Positions 9,570-20,757 of a stretch of DNA of 64,000 nt are shown here, one piece after another. The notes below the pieces were generated by a model, which saw only the letters and a list, made by a program, of their open reading frames with translations, was not told the DNA's origin and ran no database searches. The translations under genes were made by a program, and so were the position numbers. Positions within the stretch are counted from its first letter, which is position 1. Each line of letters starts with the position of its first letter. Source of the stretch: Pseudomonadota bacterium (GTDB lineage Bacteria > Bdellovibrionota_F > JAHFAK01 > JBDREC01); contig JBDREC010000019.1 in assembly GCA_043820105.1 (NCBI GenBank), forward strand, positions 1 to 64,000, in the 5' to 3' direction.

Positions 9570-10767
9570 GTTTCAAAGCATAAAGACGTGAAAAATTTGA
9601 TAGAAAATAAAACTCATTTATTTCTGAATCTTCATCAACAACAATATCTGAGCTTATTCCAGATCCTACTTTATAATTTTCAATAACTTTTCCTGTTTCT
9701 TTTTCAATTAGTAAAATACCACCTTTAGAATAAGCAACAATAAGCATATCGTTTATAAGCGATACTTTTCCTGGGCTTCCTTGATTAAATCTGAAATTAT
9801 CGGCAGAAGTAAAAAGCCATTTCTGCTCTCCAGTAGATGCATTAATACAATAAATATTTCCATTGAGAGTAGAAACAAAAATAAAATCTTCAAATAATGA
9901 TACTGCAACAATCACTTGATCATCACTTTTAAATTTCCAATTAATAAATTGACTTTCTTCATTGACTGAAAACAGCTCGCCTGAGTAAGTTGATACAATT
10001 AGATTGTCCTTATAAAAAACAATCTCAGTATCTATATCCAAAAATTTATTAGCAATGGAAAGTTTTTTTGACCATAAACTAGCTCCATCAGCAATATTAA
10101 AGGCTTCAATATTTCCATCAGCAAAGCCAACATATACCTTAGAATCTTTAACAACAGGAATACAATTGCCTTTAATTGTCTTATCAATGTTAATATCTTT
10201 TTTGACAGACCAAAGCCAATTTCCATCCTCTGCATTCAAGGCAAGCAGATAATTATTAGCTAAATGAAATAACACAATCTTGCCGTGAGCCCCTATTGCA
10301 CCCTTTGAAAAAATAGACGATCCGACTTCCTTTTCCCAAATAAGCTTGCCACTAAAAAGATTAAGGCAAACAATTCTTCCATCGATATTGGCAATAAATA
10401 TTTTATCATCATAAATTAAAGGCTTCATATCAATAGGAGCAAAGGTATTAAAACTCCAAGCGCTTTTTCCATTATTTCTTTCAAAGGCAGACAATGTGCC
10501 ATTTGATGCTCCCACTATAATAAAATCCTGGGTTAAAACACCAGAGGCAAATTCCCTTGGAAAGACAAAGTCTTTAACCTTTGTGGGCTTTGGATTTAAG
10601 TCATTAACCCATAAAGATATGATGTAAACATTAAGACCTTGTTTATTAAGCCATTTATCAAAGCCATCTTTTCGGGAAATTGATGTGCATGATGATAAAA
10701 CTATGATTAAGATTAAGATTAGAATTAGGATTAAGTATAAAAAGCAATGTGTAAGTTTTTTAAACAT
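9547..10767 (-). CDS. BamB-like PQQ beta-propeller lipoprotein
   Basis: Lipobox LSSC, repeated G-x3-W propeller motifs, der-yfgM-bamB context. Confidence 0.8.
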   Translation of the reverse strand: MFKKLTHCFLYLILILILILIIVLSSCTSISRKDGFDKWLNKQGLNVYIISLWVNDLNPKPTKVKDFVFPREFASGVLTQDFIIVGASNGTLSAFERNNGKSAWSFNTFAPIDMKPLIYDDKIFIANIDGRIVCLNLFSGKLIWEKEVGSSIFSKGAIGAHGKIVLFHLANNYLLALNAEDGNWLWSVKKDINIDKTIKGNCIPVVKDSKVYVGFADGNIEAFNIADGASLWSKKLSIANKFLDIDTEIVFYKDNLIVSTYSGELFSVNEESQFINWKFKSDDQVIVAVSLFEDFIFVSTLNGNIYCINASTGEQKWLFTSADNFRFNQGSPGKVSLINDMLIVAYSKGGILLIEKETGKVIENYKVGSGISSDIVVDEDSEINEFYFLSNFSRLYALKLRNTQIR

Positions 10768-10773
10768 TTAGAA

Positions 10774-11520
10774 TTAATCTTGTATTGCAGTTAATTTTTT
10801 CGAAATCAACTCTTTAATTGCTGATTCTGGGAAGTCTTTATTGCCTTTTTCATAAAAACTTTTTGCTTTAGCTAGATCCTGTTTTTGCTCATAGCATCTT
10901 CCAAGATTATAAAAGCTATAGTCTTTTAAAAAATCATGATCAGACATGGTAATTTTATCATAATATGAAATAGCATTGTCAATATCACCCTTGGCTTCAT
11001 AGGTGTGGCCAATGGCATCATGAACTAAGTTTCTAATATCTTTTAATTTTAAAAAGGCTTTTTCAAATTGCAAATAATAATCAAGAGCTTTTTCATAATC
11101 TCCCAAATAATAATATGAGTGACCAAGATAAAAAAGAGATATTTTGCCATATGGATATGAAGAATATTTTTTATAGACATCAGAAAACTTAGCTGAAGCT
11201 TGCGTAAATTTTTCCATATTTGAATTAAAGCTTACTTCAGGAAGCTCTTTATCTTCATCTTGTATCTCTTCATTTGGATCCATTATAGGTGCATCAAAAA
11301 GCTTTATAGCTTCAGAAAACATGAGCGCAGATTTTTCCTGGGATTTTATTTTATGTTCGTTATAGAAAAAATATCCAAAAAATAAAATAAAAAATAAACT
11401 AACTCCAATAATTATTGCGCGTTTATATTCTTCAAGTTTTTTCAAAAAAGATGTTGTTGCTGCAACAAATTCATCAGGTTGTTTTAGCTCTTTTCTAGAC
11501 ATTTTCTTATATTTAGCCAA
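10774..11520 (-). CDS. YfgM-like membrane-anchored TPR protein
   Basis: KELKQPDEF N-terminus, one TM helix, TPR repeats; TTG start with AGGAGA RBS. Confidence 0.8.
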   Translation of the reverse strand: MAKYKKMSRKELKQPDEFVAATTSFLKKLEEYKRAIIIGVSLFFILFFGYFFYNEHKIKSQEKSALMFSEAIKLFDAPIMDPNEEIQDEDKELPEVSFNSNMEKFTQASAKFSDVYKKYSSYPYGKISLFYLGHSYYYLGDYEKALDYYLQFEKAFLKLKDIRNLVHDAIGHTYEAKGDIDNAISYYDKITMSDHDFLKDYSFYNLGRCYEQKQDLAKAKSFYEKGNKDFPESAIKELISKKLTAIQD

Positions 11521-11670
11521 TTGAGTTTCTCCTAAGATCAAAGAATTTATTATTTTAGTTAATCTAGTTAAGATCGAAATATTGTCAATATTATTTGTTA
11601 AATATAGATTTAAAACAATGTAATAATAACAAAGATAAAATTAACTTAATCTTAGCTATTCTATCTTTTC

Positions 11671-11757
11671 TTACCACTTACCACTTACCACTTACCACTT
11701 ACGACTTACCACTTACGACTTACCACTTACCACTTACCACTTACCACTTACCACTTA
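11671..11757. repeat. (TTACCAC)x12 heptamer array abutting the der stop
   Basis: 12 units, two of them TTACGAC variants. Confidence 0.95.
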
Positions 11758-13089
11758 TTATTTATACTTACTTGAACTAGTAAACTTCAATTTGAGAGGA
11801 ACACCTGAAAATCCATACTCATCACGAATTTTAGAAGCCATGAATCTTCTATAAGATTCAGGAACTTTTTCAGGGTTTTTAGTGAAAAACTTAAAAACAA
11901 CGGGGCACGCGCTGACTTGTGTTGAAAATTTAATCATAAAAGGTTTATGACCCATTGATGGAGGGGGAAATTTGGTAAATAAAGCATTAAAAAAACGATT
12001 TAATTCTCCTGTACTTATTCTAAGTTTAGCATTTTCATAAACTTTATTGGCATATTCTAAAATATTAAAAACTCTTTGATTCTCAAGAGCTGATATAAAT
12101 AAGCTTGGAGCAAAGGACAAGGTCTTGGCTTCATGATGAATCATATCTCTAAAGTGATTAATTGTATTGCTATCTTTTTCAACTAAATCCCATTTATTAA
12201 TAACAAAAAAGAACCCTTTTAGTTTATCATTGGCATATGCTGCAATTCTTAAATCTTGATCTGTAAGATAATCACGTGCATCAAGCACAACACAAACAAT
12301 ATCAGCCCTATCAATTGACTTAAAAGCCCTAATAACAGAATATCTTTCAAGTCGTTGATTGATCTTTGATTTTCTTCTGATTCCGGCCGTGTCAATTAAT
12401 GTTAATTTTTGCTTATGATAAGTAATTGTTGTATCAATGGCATCTCTTGTTGTTCCTGCCATCTCTGAAACTACCATTCTTTCTTTACCAATTATACAAT
12501 TTACAATGGAAGATTTTCCAACATTTGGTCTTCCAACAATTGCAATTTTTAAAGAATCATCTGTGTCATGAGTTATAGACTTATCAACTTTATTAATAAC
12601 TCTTTGAACTAATTCAAAGATACCAACGCCATGCAAGGCAGAAATTGTAAATATTTCATCTGCTCCAAGGCTGTAAAACTCTGAAGCTTGAATTTCTCTT
12701 TCAGAATTATCAACTTTATTAACTACTATAAAAAAATCTTTCCCGCTTTTTTTTAAAATCTCATAAATGTGCTGGTCAGTAGGCATCAGACCTTGAGATA
12801 CATCAAATAAGGCCAGGATTAAATCAGCTTCTTCAATTGCAAACCTTGCTTGATCTACAATATTATTTTCCATATCATCATCAGGATTTTCTTCTAAACC
12901 TCCAGTATCAATAACTGTAAAGCCAGGGCTATCATGAATATCTGCGAATTTGTCAAGATTAAGTTCACCATAAATGCGATCTCTTGTAACACCAGGAATG
13001 TCATCAACTATAGATTTGCGATATCCAACGAGTCTATTAAAAAGAGTAGATTTACCTACATTAGGCCTGCCAACTATTGCAACGAGCAT
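11758..13089 (-). CDS. der: Ribosome biogenesis GTPase Der (EngA)
   Basis: Two GRPNVGKS P-loops, GVTRD/GTTRD, DTGG/DTAG, NKVD/NKWD. Confidence 0.97.
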   Translation of the reverse strand: MLVAIVGRPNVGKSTLFNRLVGYRKSIVDDIPGVTRDRIYGELNLDKFADIHDSPGFTVIDTGGLEENPDDDMENNIVDQARFAIEEADLILALFDVSQGLMPTDQHIYEILKKSGKDFFIVVNKVDNSEREIQASEFYSLGADEIFTISALHGVGIFELVQRVINKVDKSITHDTDDSLKIAIVGRPNVGKSSIVNCIIGKERMVVSEMAGTTRDAIDTTITYHKQKLTLIDTAGIRRKSKINQRLERYSVIRAFKSIDRADIVCVVLDARDYLTDQDLRIAAYANDKLKGFFFVINKWDLVEKDSNTINHFRDMIHHEAKTLSFAPSLFISALENQRVFNILEYANKVYENAKLRISTGELNRFFNALFTKFPPPSMGHKPFMIKFSTQVSACPVVFKFFTKNPEKVPESYRRFMASKIRDEYGFSGVPLKLKFTSSSKYK

Positions 13090-13142
13090 AATCTTATCCT
13101 CAAATAATCTAAATTTTGAATTTTAAATTCTGAATTCTATTC

Positions 13143-13194
13143 TTACCACTTACCACTTACGACTTACCACTTACCACTTACCACTTACCACTTA
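13143..13194. repeat. (TTACCAC)x7 heptamer array abutting the era stop
   Basis: Seen directly. Confidence 0.95.
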
Positions 13195-13195
13195 T

Positions 13196-14134
13196 TCAAA
13201 ATCCATATTCTTTCAAAAACCTATTATCATCAGTCCAGCCTTCTCTAACTTTACAAAATATTTCCAGGAAACATTGTCTGCCTACAAGTTTTTCAATATC
13301 TTCTCTTGCAAAGCTACCAATTTTCTTAAGCATGCTTCCATTTTTTCCAATGACAATTGCCTTTTGAGTAGTTCTTTCCACAAAAACTGTTGCATAAATT
13401 TCAACTAATTTTTTATTTTGGGTTTCGTCTGCTTCAACAAATTTTTCAACTTCAACCATAACAGAATATGGTATTTCTTGTTTTAAAATTTTAAATAATT
13501 TTTCACGAATAATTTCACCACAAATTTCACGGATGCTGACATCCGTAACATAATCACTTGAATAATACAAAGGACCATTTAACAAAGAAGATTTTATTTC
13601 TTCTGATAAAACACCAATTCCATCTTCATGTTTTGCACTTATGGGAACAATTTTTGTAAATGAATAATTATTGCTAAGCTCATGAATAATTGGCAAAATA
13701 AAGTCTTTTGATATTAGATCAATCTTGTTAATAGCAACAATACATTTTTTAACATGATTTTTTAGTTTGCTAATGATCAACCTATCGTCTCTAGTTAGGC
13801 CAGTTTTTGCATCAACCATGTAAAGAATTACATCTGCTTCATTAATTGCACCAAGGGCTCGTGTAACCATTAGTTCATTTAACTTTGATCCTTTGTGGAC
13901 ATGGATTCCAGGCGTATCAAAAAATATCATCTGACAATTTTGATCTGTGAATACACCAAGGATGTTTTTTCTAGTTGTTTGAGGTTTCCTTGTAACAATG
14001 GAAATCTTTGAACCTATGATAAGATTTAAAAGAGTAGATTTACCACTATTAGGCCTGCCTAGAATTGTAACGTATCCAGATTTAAAAGAATCGAAGTCAA
14101 TATTAGTGTTGTTTGTCTTTTCTAACTTTGTCAT
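13196..14134 (-). CDS. era: GTPase Era
   Basis: GRPNSGKS, KPQTTR, DTPG, NKID, KH-domain VIGKNG. Confidence 0.97.
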   Translation of the reverse strand: MTKLEKTNNTNIDFDSFKSGYVTILGRPNSGKSTLLNLIIGSKISIVTRKPQTTRKNILGVFTDQNCQMIFFDTPGIHVHKGSKLNELMVTRALGAINEADVILYMVDAKTGLTRDDRLIISKLKNHVKKCIVAINKIDLISKDFILPIIHELSNNYSFTKIVPISAKHEDGIGVLSEEIKSSLLNGPLYYSSDYVTDVSIREICGEIIREKLFKILKQEIPYSVMVEVEKFVEADETQNKKLVEIYATVFVERTTQKAIVIGKNGSMLKKIGSFAREDIEKLVGRQCFLEIFCKVREGWTDDNRFLKEYGF

Positions 14135-14456
14135 ATCTTAATTCGAGTTTTTCTAGCTTTACCTCAAGATCACTAATAATTGTTTTTGATACAGTTTCTA
14201 TTTTAGAAACTGCTTCAGAAACACTTTTTAAAATATTAGTTTCTAAAAGGGCTTCAGATTCATTAATCTTTGCTTCTAAATCTGTTAACAGATTTTCTCC
14301 TTCTAAAGGAGTTAATCTACCTGAATCGATTAAGCTAGACACAAGGTTTCTCCTATCTGATTCAGAACTAGGCTTATAAGCACCTGAAATATTAAAAGAT
14401 TCACCAATAAAATTTCTTAACATCTCCTTTTTCTCTTTTGTTGAATAATCCTTCAT
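14103..14456 (-). CDS. Hypothetical helical protein (phasin-like)
   Basis: Strong GAGGA RBS, coiled-coil C-terminus, overlaps the era start. Confidence 0.6.
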   Translation of the reverse strand: MKDYSTKEKKEMLRNFIGESFNISGAYKPSSESDRRNLVSSLIDSGRLTPLEGENLLTDLEAKINESEALLETNILKSVSEAVSKIETVSKTIISDLEVKLEKLELRYDKVRKDKQH

Positions 14457-14635
14457 TTCCTCCTCTCCTCTTAAAATGTTAAACTATTTTCATTAAGAGA
14501 ACATATGTTGGATGGTATTCTTATTTTTGCGCTATTTATCATATCTTGCTACCAATCCCTTTTTCTAGTTATCTTTGTAAACCATAGAACTTATTTTATT
14601 ATAACACAAAGTGTTATTACTTCAAAGAAAAAATG

Positions 14636-16636
14636 TCAACAATTATTCAATAATTCTTTATTTTTTATTTTAAGTATTTTATCGCGAATTTTAGCTGCAT
14701 CCTCAAAGCGCTGCTGGCCTGAGGCTTTCAGCATTTTTTCCTTTAAATTGGCCAAAATATATTCAAGATCTTCTTTTGGAATAAATTCTTGTTTTTTATC
14801 TAATTCTGTCAAATCAATATCATCAGCATCATAAATAGAATCACGTATTGTGCTGATTTTTTTAAGAATCGTTTTTGGAGTAATGTTATTTTCCTTATTA
14901 TAAGCCACTTGCATCTTTCTTCTTCGCATGGTTTCTTGCATTGCATTTTTCATTGAATCTGTAATTCTATCTGCATATAAAATTACTGAGCCATTGATAT
15001 TCCTGGAAGCTCTGCCAAATGTCTGAATGAGCGACCTAGCTGATCGCAAAAAGCCCTCTTTATCTGCATCTAAGATCGCGACCAACGAAACTTCTGGCAA
15101 ATCAAGCCCTTCTCTCAACAAGTTAATACCAATTAAAACATCATAAATACCTTGTCTTAATTTATTTATAATTTCACTTCTTTCAATTGTCTGAATTTCT
15201 GAATGAAGATAAGCAACCTTTAAACCCTCATTTTTATAATAATCCGTAAGATCTTCTGCCATCCTCTTGGTTAAAGTAGTTATTAATACCCTTTCAGATT
15301 TATTAATTCTTTTCAATATTTCATCTTTCAAATCATCAACTTGCCCCTGGCTTGAACGAACGGCTACCTCGGGATCAACTAAGCCTGTTGGTCTAATTAT
15401 CTGTTCTATTATAATGTTATTAGACTTTTGAATTTCATATTCTCTTGGGGTAGCAGAAACATAAATTGCTTCATTTATTTTAGACTCAAACTCTTGAAAG
15501 CATAAAGGCCGATTATCATAAGCAGAAGGTAGCCTAAAACCATAATCAACAAGCTTACTTTTTCTAGACTTATCTCCTAGATACATTGCCCCAACCTGTG
15601 GAATTGAAACATGGCTTTCATCAACAAATAAAAGAAAATCGCTGGGAAAATAGTCCATCAAAGTAGCAGGAGGCATGCCCTGCTTTCGTCCGTCTAAGTG
15701 TCGCGAATAATTTTCAATTCCAGTGCAATATCCCATCTCTTCCATCATTTCAATATCATAAAGGGTTCTATTTTCAATTCTCTGGGCTTCTACAAGCAGA
15801 TTTTCTTTTTTTAAATGAGTTATCCTATGCCTTAGTTCAACTCGGATATCTTCAATAGCTCTTTTGACAATAGCTTCAGGTGTAACATAGTGACTCCCCG
15901 GATAAATGGTGACCTCATCAATTATTTCAATTATCTCTCCAGTTAAAGGATCAACTCGTGAAATTACATCTAAACAATCACCAAAAAAGGAAAAGCGGGT
16001 GGCGTATTTTTCTTCATAGGCAGGTATGATATCTATAGTATCACCTCTTACTCTAAAGGTTCCACGCGCGAAATCATAATCATTTCTTTCGTATTGTATT
16101 TCAATAAGCTTTCTTAGCAGAGCTTCCTGACTGGCTTCTTGGCCTTTTTTCAAATGAATAATCATTTCCTTATAATTATCAACAGAACCAATACCATAAA
16201 TGCATGAAACTGAGGCAACAATTATTACATCTTTTCTTGTTAATAAATTAAAAGTTGCAGAATGCCTCATCCTATCAATTTCTTCATTGATAGAAGAATC
16301 TTTTTCAATGTAAGTATCTGTATGAGGAATATAGGACTCAGGTTGATAATAATCATAATATGAAACAAAATAACCAACAAAATTTTCAGGAAATAATTCT
16401 TTAAATTCAAGATAAAGCTGAGTTGCTAAAGTTTTATTGTGAGCAAGAATTAAAGATGGTCTGTTTAATTCATTAATAACATTGGCCATTGTAAAGGTCT
16501 TGCCAGAGCCAGTAACACCAAGTAAAACACGATGTTTGGAATTAGAGTTTTTAATATCACTAACAATCTTTTCAATAGCCTGGGGTTGATCACCCTTTGG
16601 TTTGTAATCTGAAACTAATTTAAATTTATTTTTCAT
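14636..16636 (-). CDS. uvrB: Excinuclease ABC subunit B
   Basis: [41 protein letters not shown]-terminal UVR domain. Confidence 0.98.
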   Translation of the reverse strand: MKNKFKLVSDYKPKGDQPQAIEKIVSDIKNSNSKHRVLLGVTGSGKTFTMANVINELNRPSLILAHNKTLATQLYLEFKELFPENFVGYFVSYYDYYQPESYIPHTDTYIEKDSSINEEIDRMRHSATFNLLTRKDVIIVASVSCIYGIGSVDNYKEMIIHLKKGQEASQEALLRKLIEIQYERNDYDFARGTFRVRGDTIDIIPAYEEKYATRFSFFGDCLDVISRVDPLTGEIIEIIDEVTIYPGSHYVTPEAIVKRAIEDIRVELRHRITHLKKENLLVEAQRIENRTLYDIEMMEEMGYCTGIENYSRHLDGRKQGMPPATLMDYFPSDFLLFVDESHVSIPQVGAMYLGDKSRKSKLVDYGFRLPSAYDNRPLCFQEFESKINEAIYVSATPREYEIQKSNNIIIEQIIRPTGLVDPEVAVRSSQGQVDDLKDEILKRINKSERVLITTLTKRMAEDLTDYYKNEGLKVAYLHSEIQTIERSEIINKLRQGIYDVLIGINLLREGLDLPEVSLVAILDADKEGFLRSARSLIQTFGRASRNINGSVILYADRITDSMKNAMQETMRRRKMQVAYNKENNITPKTILKKISTIRDSIYDADDIDLTELDKKQEFIPKEDLEYILANLKEKMLKASGQQRFEDAAKIRDKILKIKNKELLNNC

Positions 16637-17132
16637 CTTCACCCAAGTAAATCAAAACACTAGCAATTGCCTCACAAGCTTCACCAGAGCCAATTACACC
16701 AACGCCTTCGCCAGTCTTGGCCTTAATGTTGATCCTTGATTTATCAATACCTAAAGATTTACTTATATTAATTTTCATTTCATCTTTATATGGAGCGATT
16801 TTTGGAAGTTCAGTTACAATTGTTGAATCTATATTTATAATTTTAATGTTTTTTTCTTTTAACTTATTTGAAATATTTTCAAGCAATACAATGCTTGAGA
16901 TATTTTTATATTTTTCATCATTATCTGGAAAAAGCTGCCCAATATCTTCAAAAGAAGCGGCTCCACAAATAGCATCAATTATGGCGTGTACTAATACATC
17001 AGCATCAGAATGTCCCATTAGGCCAAATTCATGACTAATTTCAAGGCCCCCAAGAATTAGCTTTCTGTTTTTTGCAAATTTGTGTAGATCTACACCATAA
17101 CCAATGCGCAAATTTTCAAGATTTGTTAACAT
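16626..17132 (-). CDS. ispF: 2-C-methyl-D-erythritol 2,4-cyclodiphosphate synthase
   Basis: [38 protein letters not shown]. Confidence 0.95.
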   Translation of the reverse strand: MLTNLENLRIGYGVDLHKFAKNRKLILGGLEISHEFGLMGHSDADVLVHAIIDAICGAASFEDIGQLFPDNDEKYKNISSIVLLENISNKLKEKNIKIINIDSTIVTELPKIAPYKDEMKINISKSLGIDKSRINIKAKTGEGVGVIGSGEACEAIASVLIYLGEDEK

Positions 17133-17148
17133 GAATATTTAATTCCAA

Positions 17149-17640
17149 TTATTCAGCTCTGCCGAAAATTTCTTTAAGATCTTTTTCAACAGCTTTTTCT
17201 GATCTTCTTTTAGCAATTGAAATTTCCTTAACCAAAAGACTTTTAGCTGTTTCAAGCATTTTCTTTTCACCAAAAGACAGGGTTTTCTCATTTTTTAATA
17301 AAAACAGATCTCTCAAGACCTCAGATATTTCAAAAACAGAACCTGTTTTTATCTTTTTCATGTATTCTCTATAACGTCTATTCCAGGTAGACATGTCTAT
17401 TGAAACATTCTTTTGCTTTAAAATAGCATAAACTTCTGTAACTTTTTTAGGTGGAATAATCGATCTAAGGCCAACCTGCTCAACATTATTAACAGGTATC
17501 ATGATAGTCATATCTGAACCAAGTATTTTCATTACATAAAAAGAAATACTAGTCCCAGAGATATTTTTATTTTCAATCGAAATTATCTCGCCAACTCCAT
17601 GAGCTGGATAAACAGCCTTGTCACCAACTTTAAATACCAT
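17149..17640 (-). CDS. carD: CarD/CdnL RNA polymerase-binding transcription factor
   Basis: FKVGDKAVYPAHGVG, WNRRYRE, LSFGEKKML. Confidence 0.93.
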   Translation of the reverse strand: MVFKVGDKAVYPAHGVGEIISIENKNISGTSISFYVMKILGSDMTIMIPVNNVEQVGLRSIIPPKKVTEVYAILKQKNVSIDMSTWNRRYREYMKKIKTGSVFEISEVLRDLFLLKNEKTLSFGEKKMLETAKSLLVKEISIAKRRSEKAVEKDLKEIFGRAE

Positions 17641-17842
17641 TTAGTCCTCTTAAAAATGAGACATACTATCAAAAAATCAAATTATTATCTTAAGTTACAC
17701 AAATTGTTTTTTAAAAACTTCTTAATTTATTTAATTAAGGCCGGGATTTATAACACAGAAGATTTAAAAAGTCAAATATTTCAGATTGTTATTATATAAT
17801 ATAAAATCTAGCACAGAATCTGTTTTGACTTATATGCTCAGA

Positions 17843-19036
17843 TCAAAAAACACTTCCATTTACTTGAGTCCCTGGTGAAAACAAAAGTCCTTGTGCTTCT
17901 TGGATTTCAGTGTGCAAAGTAAAGTCTCCTGTCAAATCTGGATTCCTTGAAAGTGACTGATCGTTTCCAGCTTCAGATCCATATTCAACTGAATCAATAA
18001 TATTATCATCTAAAACCAGATAAATGGATGATCCGGAATTTGAAAGCCTTAAAGAATTGTCACTTGCAAAAACATTACAGGAACCCATTGATTCAGGAAC
18101 ATTTCCTCCTCCAAAAATTACAACACAGGCCCCTGCTTCCAAAATGAACTCAGAAAATGTATGTTTGATTGAACTTATTGATGAAACAGCTAAAGAAACA
18201 TTTATTAAATCAAGCGTTTTTCCAGAAACATTAACAATTTCAACAAATTCATCATCATAACTACTTCTTTCGCCATCAATATTTGCATCCCCAGTTATAT
18301 CAGAAGCCGGATCTGCCAAAAATTCATTAATAACAAGATCTAAAGCTTGCGGAGAATCATAGAGACTTTCATAAACCACCTCACCTGATCCCTCTATAGC
18401 TTGCACATTTTCACCCTCACCAGGGTCTCGGGTTTCCTCACTTGCTCCCTGGCTTGGATTAGCACCTTGAACGGAGGGCTCGCTTTGAATAAGAAAGCCT
18501 GATATTAGAGGAATTACCGGAGAAAAATCCCAGGACAACATACTATGCAAGATAATCAAATATAGAGTGTTTGCTTCATAAAAGTTATTGCTTTTAAATT
18601 TAAGGGCATTGCTCGCATCAAGTTCCCATGCTCCTTGTACAATCTCATACAAGCCAGAAGTAAAAGTATCATCAACATAAGCATCAATTATATCCCACAA
18701 AGCGGAATAATTAAGAGTACTCTGAGCTAATTCCCTGGCCTGTAGAATTGAATTATAGTCATCTTGAACAGTTTCATCACTAAACAAACCAAGCTTAATA
18801 ACAAAAGCTGAATTTAGCCTTAGGGAGTCTTCAAATAAATTCTCTTCAAATTCTATTTCAACAATAAAGTCATTTCCAGTTTCTTCAATATAATCTAAAC
18901 TAAATATGTCTGCAGGATAAATATAAGAAACAGAAATATATTTTGCCTCAATATTGTCAAGCTGAGTAAAATAGTCAACATCACTGCACTTGGATAGAAT
19001 TAATAAACATAAAATAAAAATTATTCCTGGCTTCAC
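17843..19036 (-). CDS. Lipoprotein with C-terminal lamin tail domain
   Basis: Signal ending LSKC; LVINEFLADP...DEFVEIVN...LSNSG...IDSVEY...SLSR...FSPG is LTD-like; GTG start overlaps the upstream stop. Confidence 0.75.
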   Translation of the reverse strand: MKPGIIFILCLLILSKCSDVDYFTQLDNIEAKYISVSYIYPADIFSLDYIEETGNDFIVEIEFEENLFEDSLRLNSAFVIKLGLFSDETVQDDYNSILQARELAQSTLNYSALWDIIDAYVDDTFTSGLYEIVQGAWELDASNALKFKSNNFYEANTLYLIILHSMLSWDFSPVIPLISGFLIQSEPSVQGANPSQGASEETRDPGEGENVQAIEGSGEVVYESLYDSPQALDLVINEFLADPASDITGDANIDGERSSYDDEFVEIVNVSGKTLDLINVSLAVSSISSIKHTFSEFILEAGACVVIFGGGNVPESMGSCNVFASDNSLRLSNSGSSIYLVLDDNIIDSVEYGSEAGNDQSLSRNPDLTGDFTLHTEIQEAQGLLFSPGTQVNGSVF

Positions 19037-19608
19037 TTTTTTGTATCTTCCTTATCAATAAACCAAAATTTATCATACAAGCCGTCAGTATATCCATCTA
19101 AAATAGAAGTTAGTTTGTATAAGTTGAAACAATCATCTGAACTAATGTCCGTTTCTTTATTTCTAAGAAGAATTTTAAATCTATCATAAAACAGATGCGA
19201 AATTTTTAAAATAAGCTCATGCTTTATTTTATAATAATAAGTTTGATCCCTCAAAATTCTCAATTGATCAGAATTAAAAATAAGCTCTGGAAAATCCCAG
19301 GAAAATGAAAGTGAGAAACCAAAATTAGAATCAATATCTAAATCAGTAGAAATGCCATCTTGCTCAGCATTAATGCTAATATCATTTCCATTATCTTTAT
19401 CAAAGGATGTCTTAAACAAAGGAAGCAGGTTTTTTAATTTAACACCTTTTGCCATAGTTGAAAGATTATTAATATTTCCCTCAATCATTTTAATAGCCAC
19501 CTTTTTAACATCAGTTATTGTAGGCTCAATAAACTCGTCATTTTTAGGACAGTTCGCATATAATTGACTACTTAAAATAAGTCCAAGAAATAGAATTAAT
19601 TTTTTCAT
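19033..19608 (-). CDS. Secreted hypothetical protein with an outer-membrane beta-hairpin-like segment
   Basis: Signal peptide; LLP...FSLSFSWDF followed by a long helix; GAGG RBS. Confidence 0.7.
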   Translation of the reverse strand: MKKLILFLGLILSSQLYANCPKNDEFIEPTITDVKKVAIKMIEGNINNLSTMAKGVKLKNLLPLFKTSFDKDNGNDISINAEQDGISTDLDIDSNFGFSLSFSWDFPELIFNSDQLRILRDQTYYYKIKHELILKISHLFYDRFKILLRNKETDISSDDCFNLYKLTSILDGYTDGLYDKFWFIDKEDTKK

Positions 19609-20743
19609 CAATACCTCTCTGTAATTTTTTTATATTCATTGTGTATTTGGATGCTTCAATAATTTTATTTTGCATTTCCATTATTTTCAATTCGTCTTTT
19701 AAAGAGCTTTTTGAAAAATCCCAGGTCGCTAAAAACCCCAAAGAATAAGTCTTATCATCACTTGATGAAATATCCAGATCATTATCAAGTGTAGTAATAG
19801 AATCTTCTTTGAAACCAAAACTTAAGCTAAGCTTAGGAATCATTTTTTTTGCATATTGATTAAAAGAAGGAACATTAAATTTTGAATACGTTGGTTTAAA
19901 TTTATTTTGCTCAAGCAAATTATTTGTATAAACTTGTTTACTAGTTTTAAAATAATACAATCTATACTTACAGTCTTGTACTATATAATCATTATCAAGA
20001 TTGTTTCTTATTTTTTTTAAAGACCTAAGGCAATGATCAGAAAACTCTTTACCTTCACCCAATAAAGCCCTTCCATTTAAATCAAAAAGAAATGACTTGT
20101 CCTTAGTACTTATTATTATCTTATCATTATAAATTGGATTAATATGAATTGGAGCTTTCAAGAAATGAGACCATCTACTTATATATTTGTTTTTATTTAT
20201 ATCAAAAACAGACACCTCTTTATTTGATAAAAGGACCAATTTATTCGACTCAGAGTTTATAAATCCATCAATCGAATCAAGCTTATTGTTTGAATTAAAT
20301 GTGAAGGGCCCAGTATTTATAGAAAAATATGTAAGATTATTTAATTCATCTAAATATAAAAACCCTTTGTTCTCTACAAAGAAAAGGTTTTTAATATTCA
20401 AATATTCAATATTATCTTCAAAAAGATCTACAATTTTATCCTTATATATAATCGATAAATTATTTTCATCTTGGCATAAAAGTTGAGCTTGTTGATTAAA
20501 GCTTGAGTTTTCTTCAAAGATATTATCCAGATCAAGCTCATGTGGATCTATGTGAAAAGGGTTAAAAGCTTCATTATTAAAAATTCTACCATCTCTTTCC
20601 AATAAATACTTAAGCTCATTATCATAAACACAAAATGATTTGAATTTAAGATAAGGCTTACTTGAATTCATTTCCAAAAAAGTTTGAGAATATAAAAATG
20701 AAACAAAGGGGAAATAAATAAAAACTATTTTAATTAACTTCAT
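19568..20743 (-). CDS. Secreted hypothetical protein, C-terminus similar to the downstream gene
   Basis: Signal peptide; MIPKLSLSF...SLGFLATWDF. Confidence 0.7.
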   Translation of the reverse strand: MKLIKIVFIYFPFVSFLYSQTFLEMNSSKPYLKFKSFCVYDNELKYLLERDGRIFNNEAFNPFHIDPHELDLDNIFEENSSFNQQAQLLCQDENNLSIIYKDKIVDLFEDNIEYLNIKNLFFVENKGFLYLDELNNLTYFSINTGPFTFNSNNKLDSIDGFINSESNKLVLLSNKEVSVFDINKNKYISRWSHFLKAPIHINPIYNDKIIISTKDKSFLFDLNGRALLGEGKEFSDHCLRSLKKIRNNLDNDYIVQDCKYRLYYFKTSKQVYTNNLLEQNKFKPTYSKFNVPSFNQYAKKMIPKLSLSFGFKEDSITTLDNDLDISSSDDKTYSLGFLATWDFSKSSLKDELKIMEMQNKIIEASKYTMNIKKLQRGIDEKINSISWTYFK

Positions 20744-20757
20744 ACGAAAAAGGCTTT

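Noticed and set aside
11595-11780. ORF with LPLTTYH repeats
   Set aside because: Translation of the (TTACCAC)n array; no RBS.
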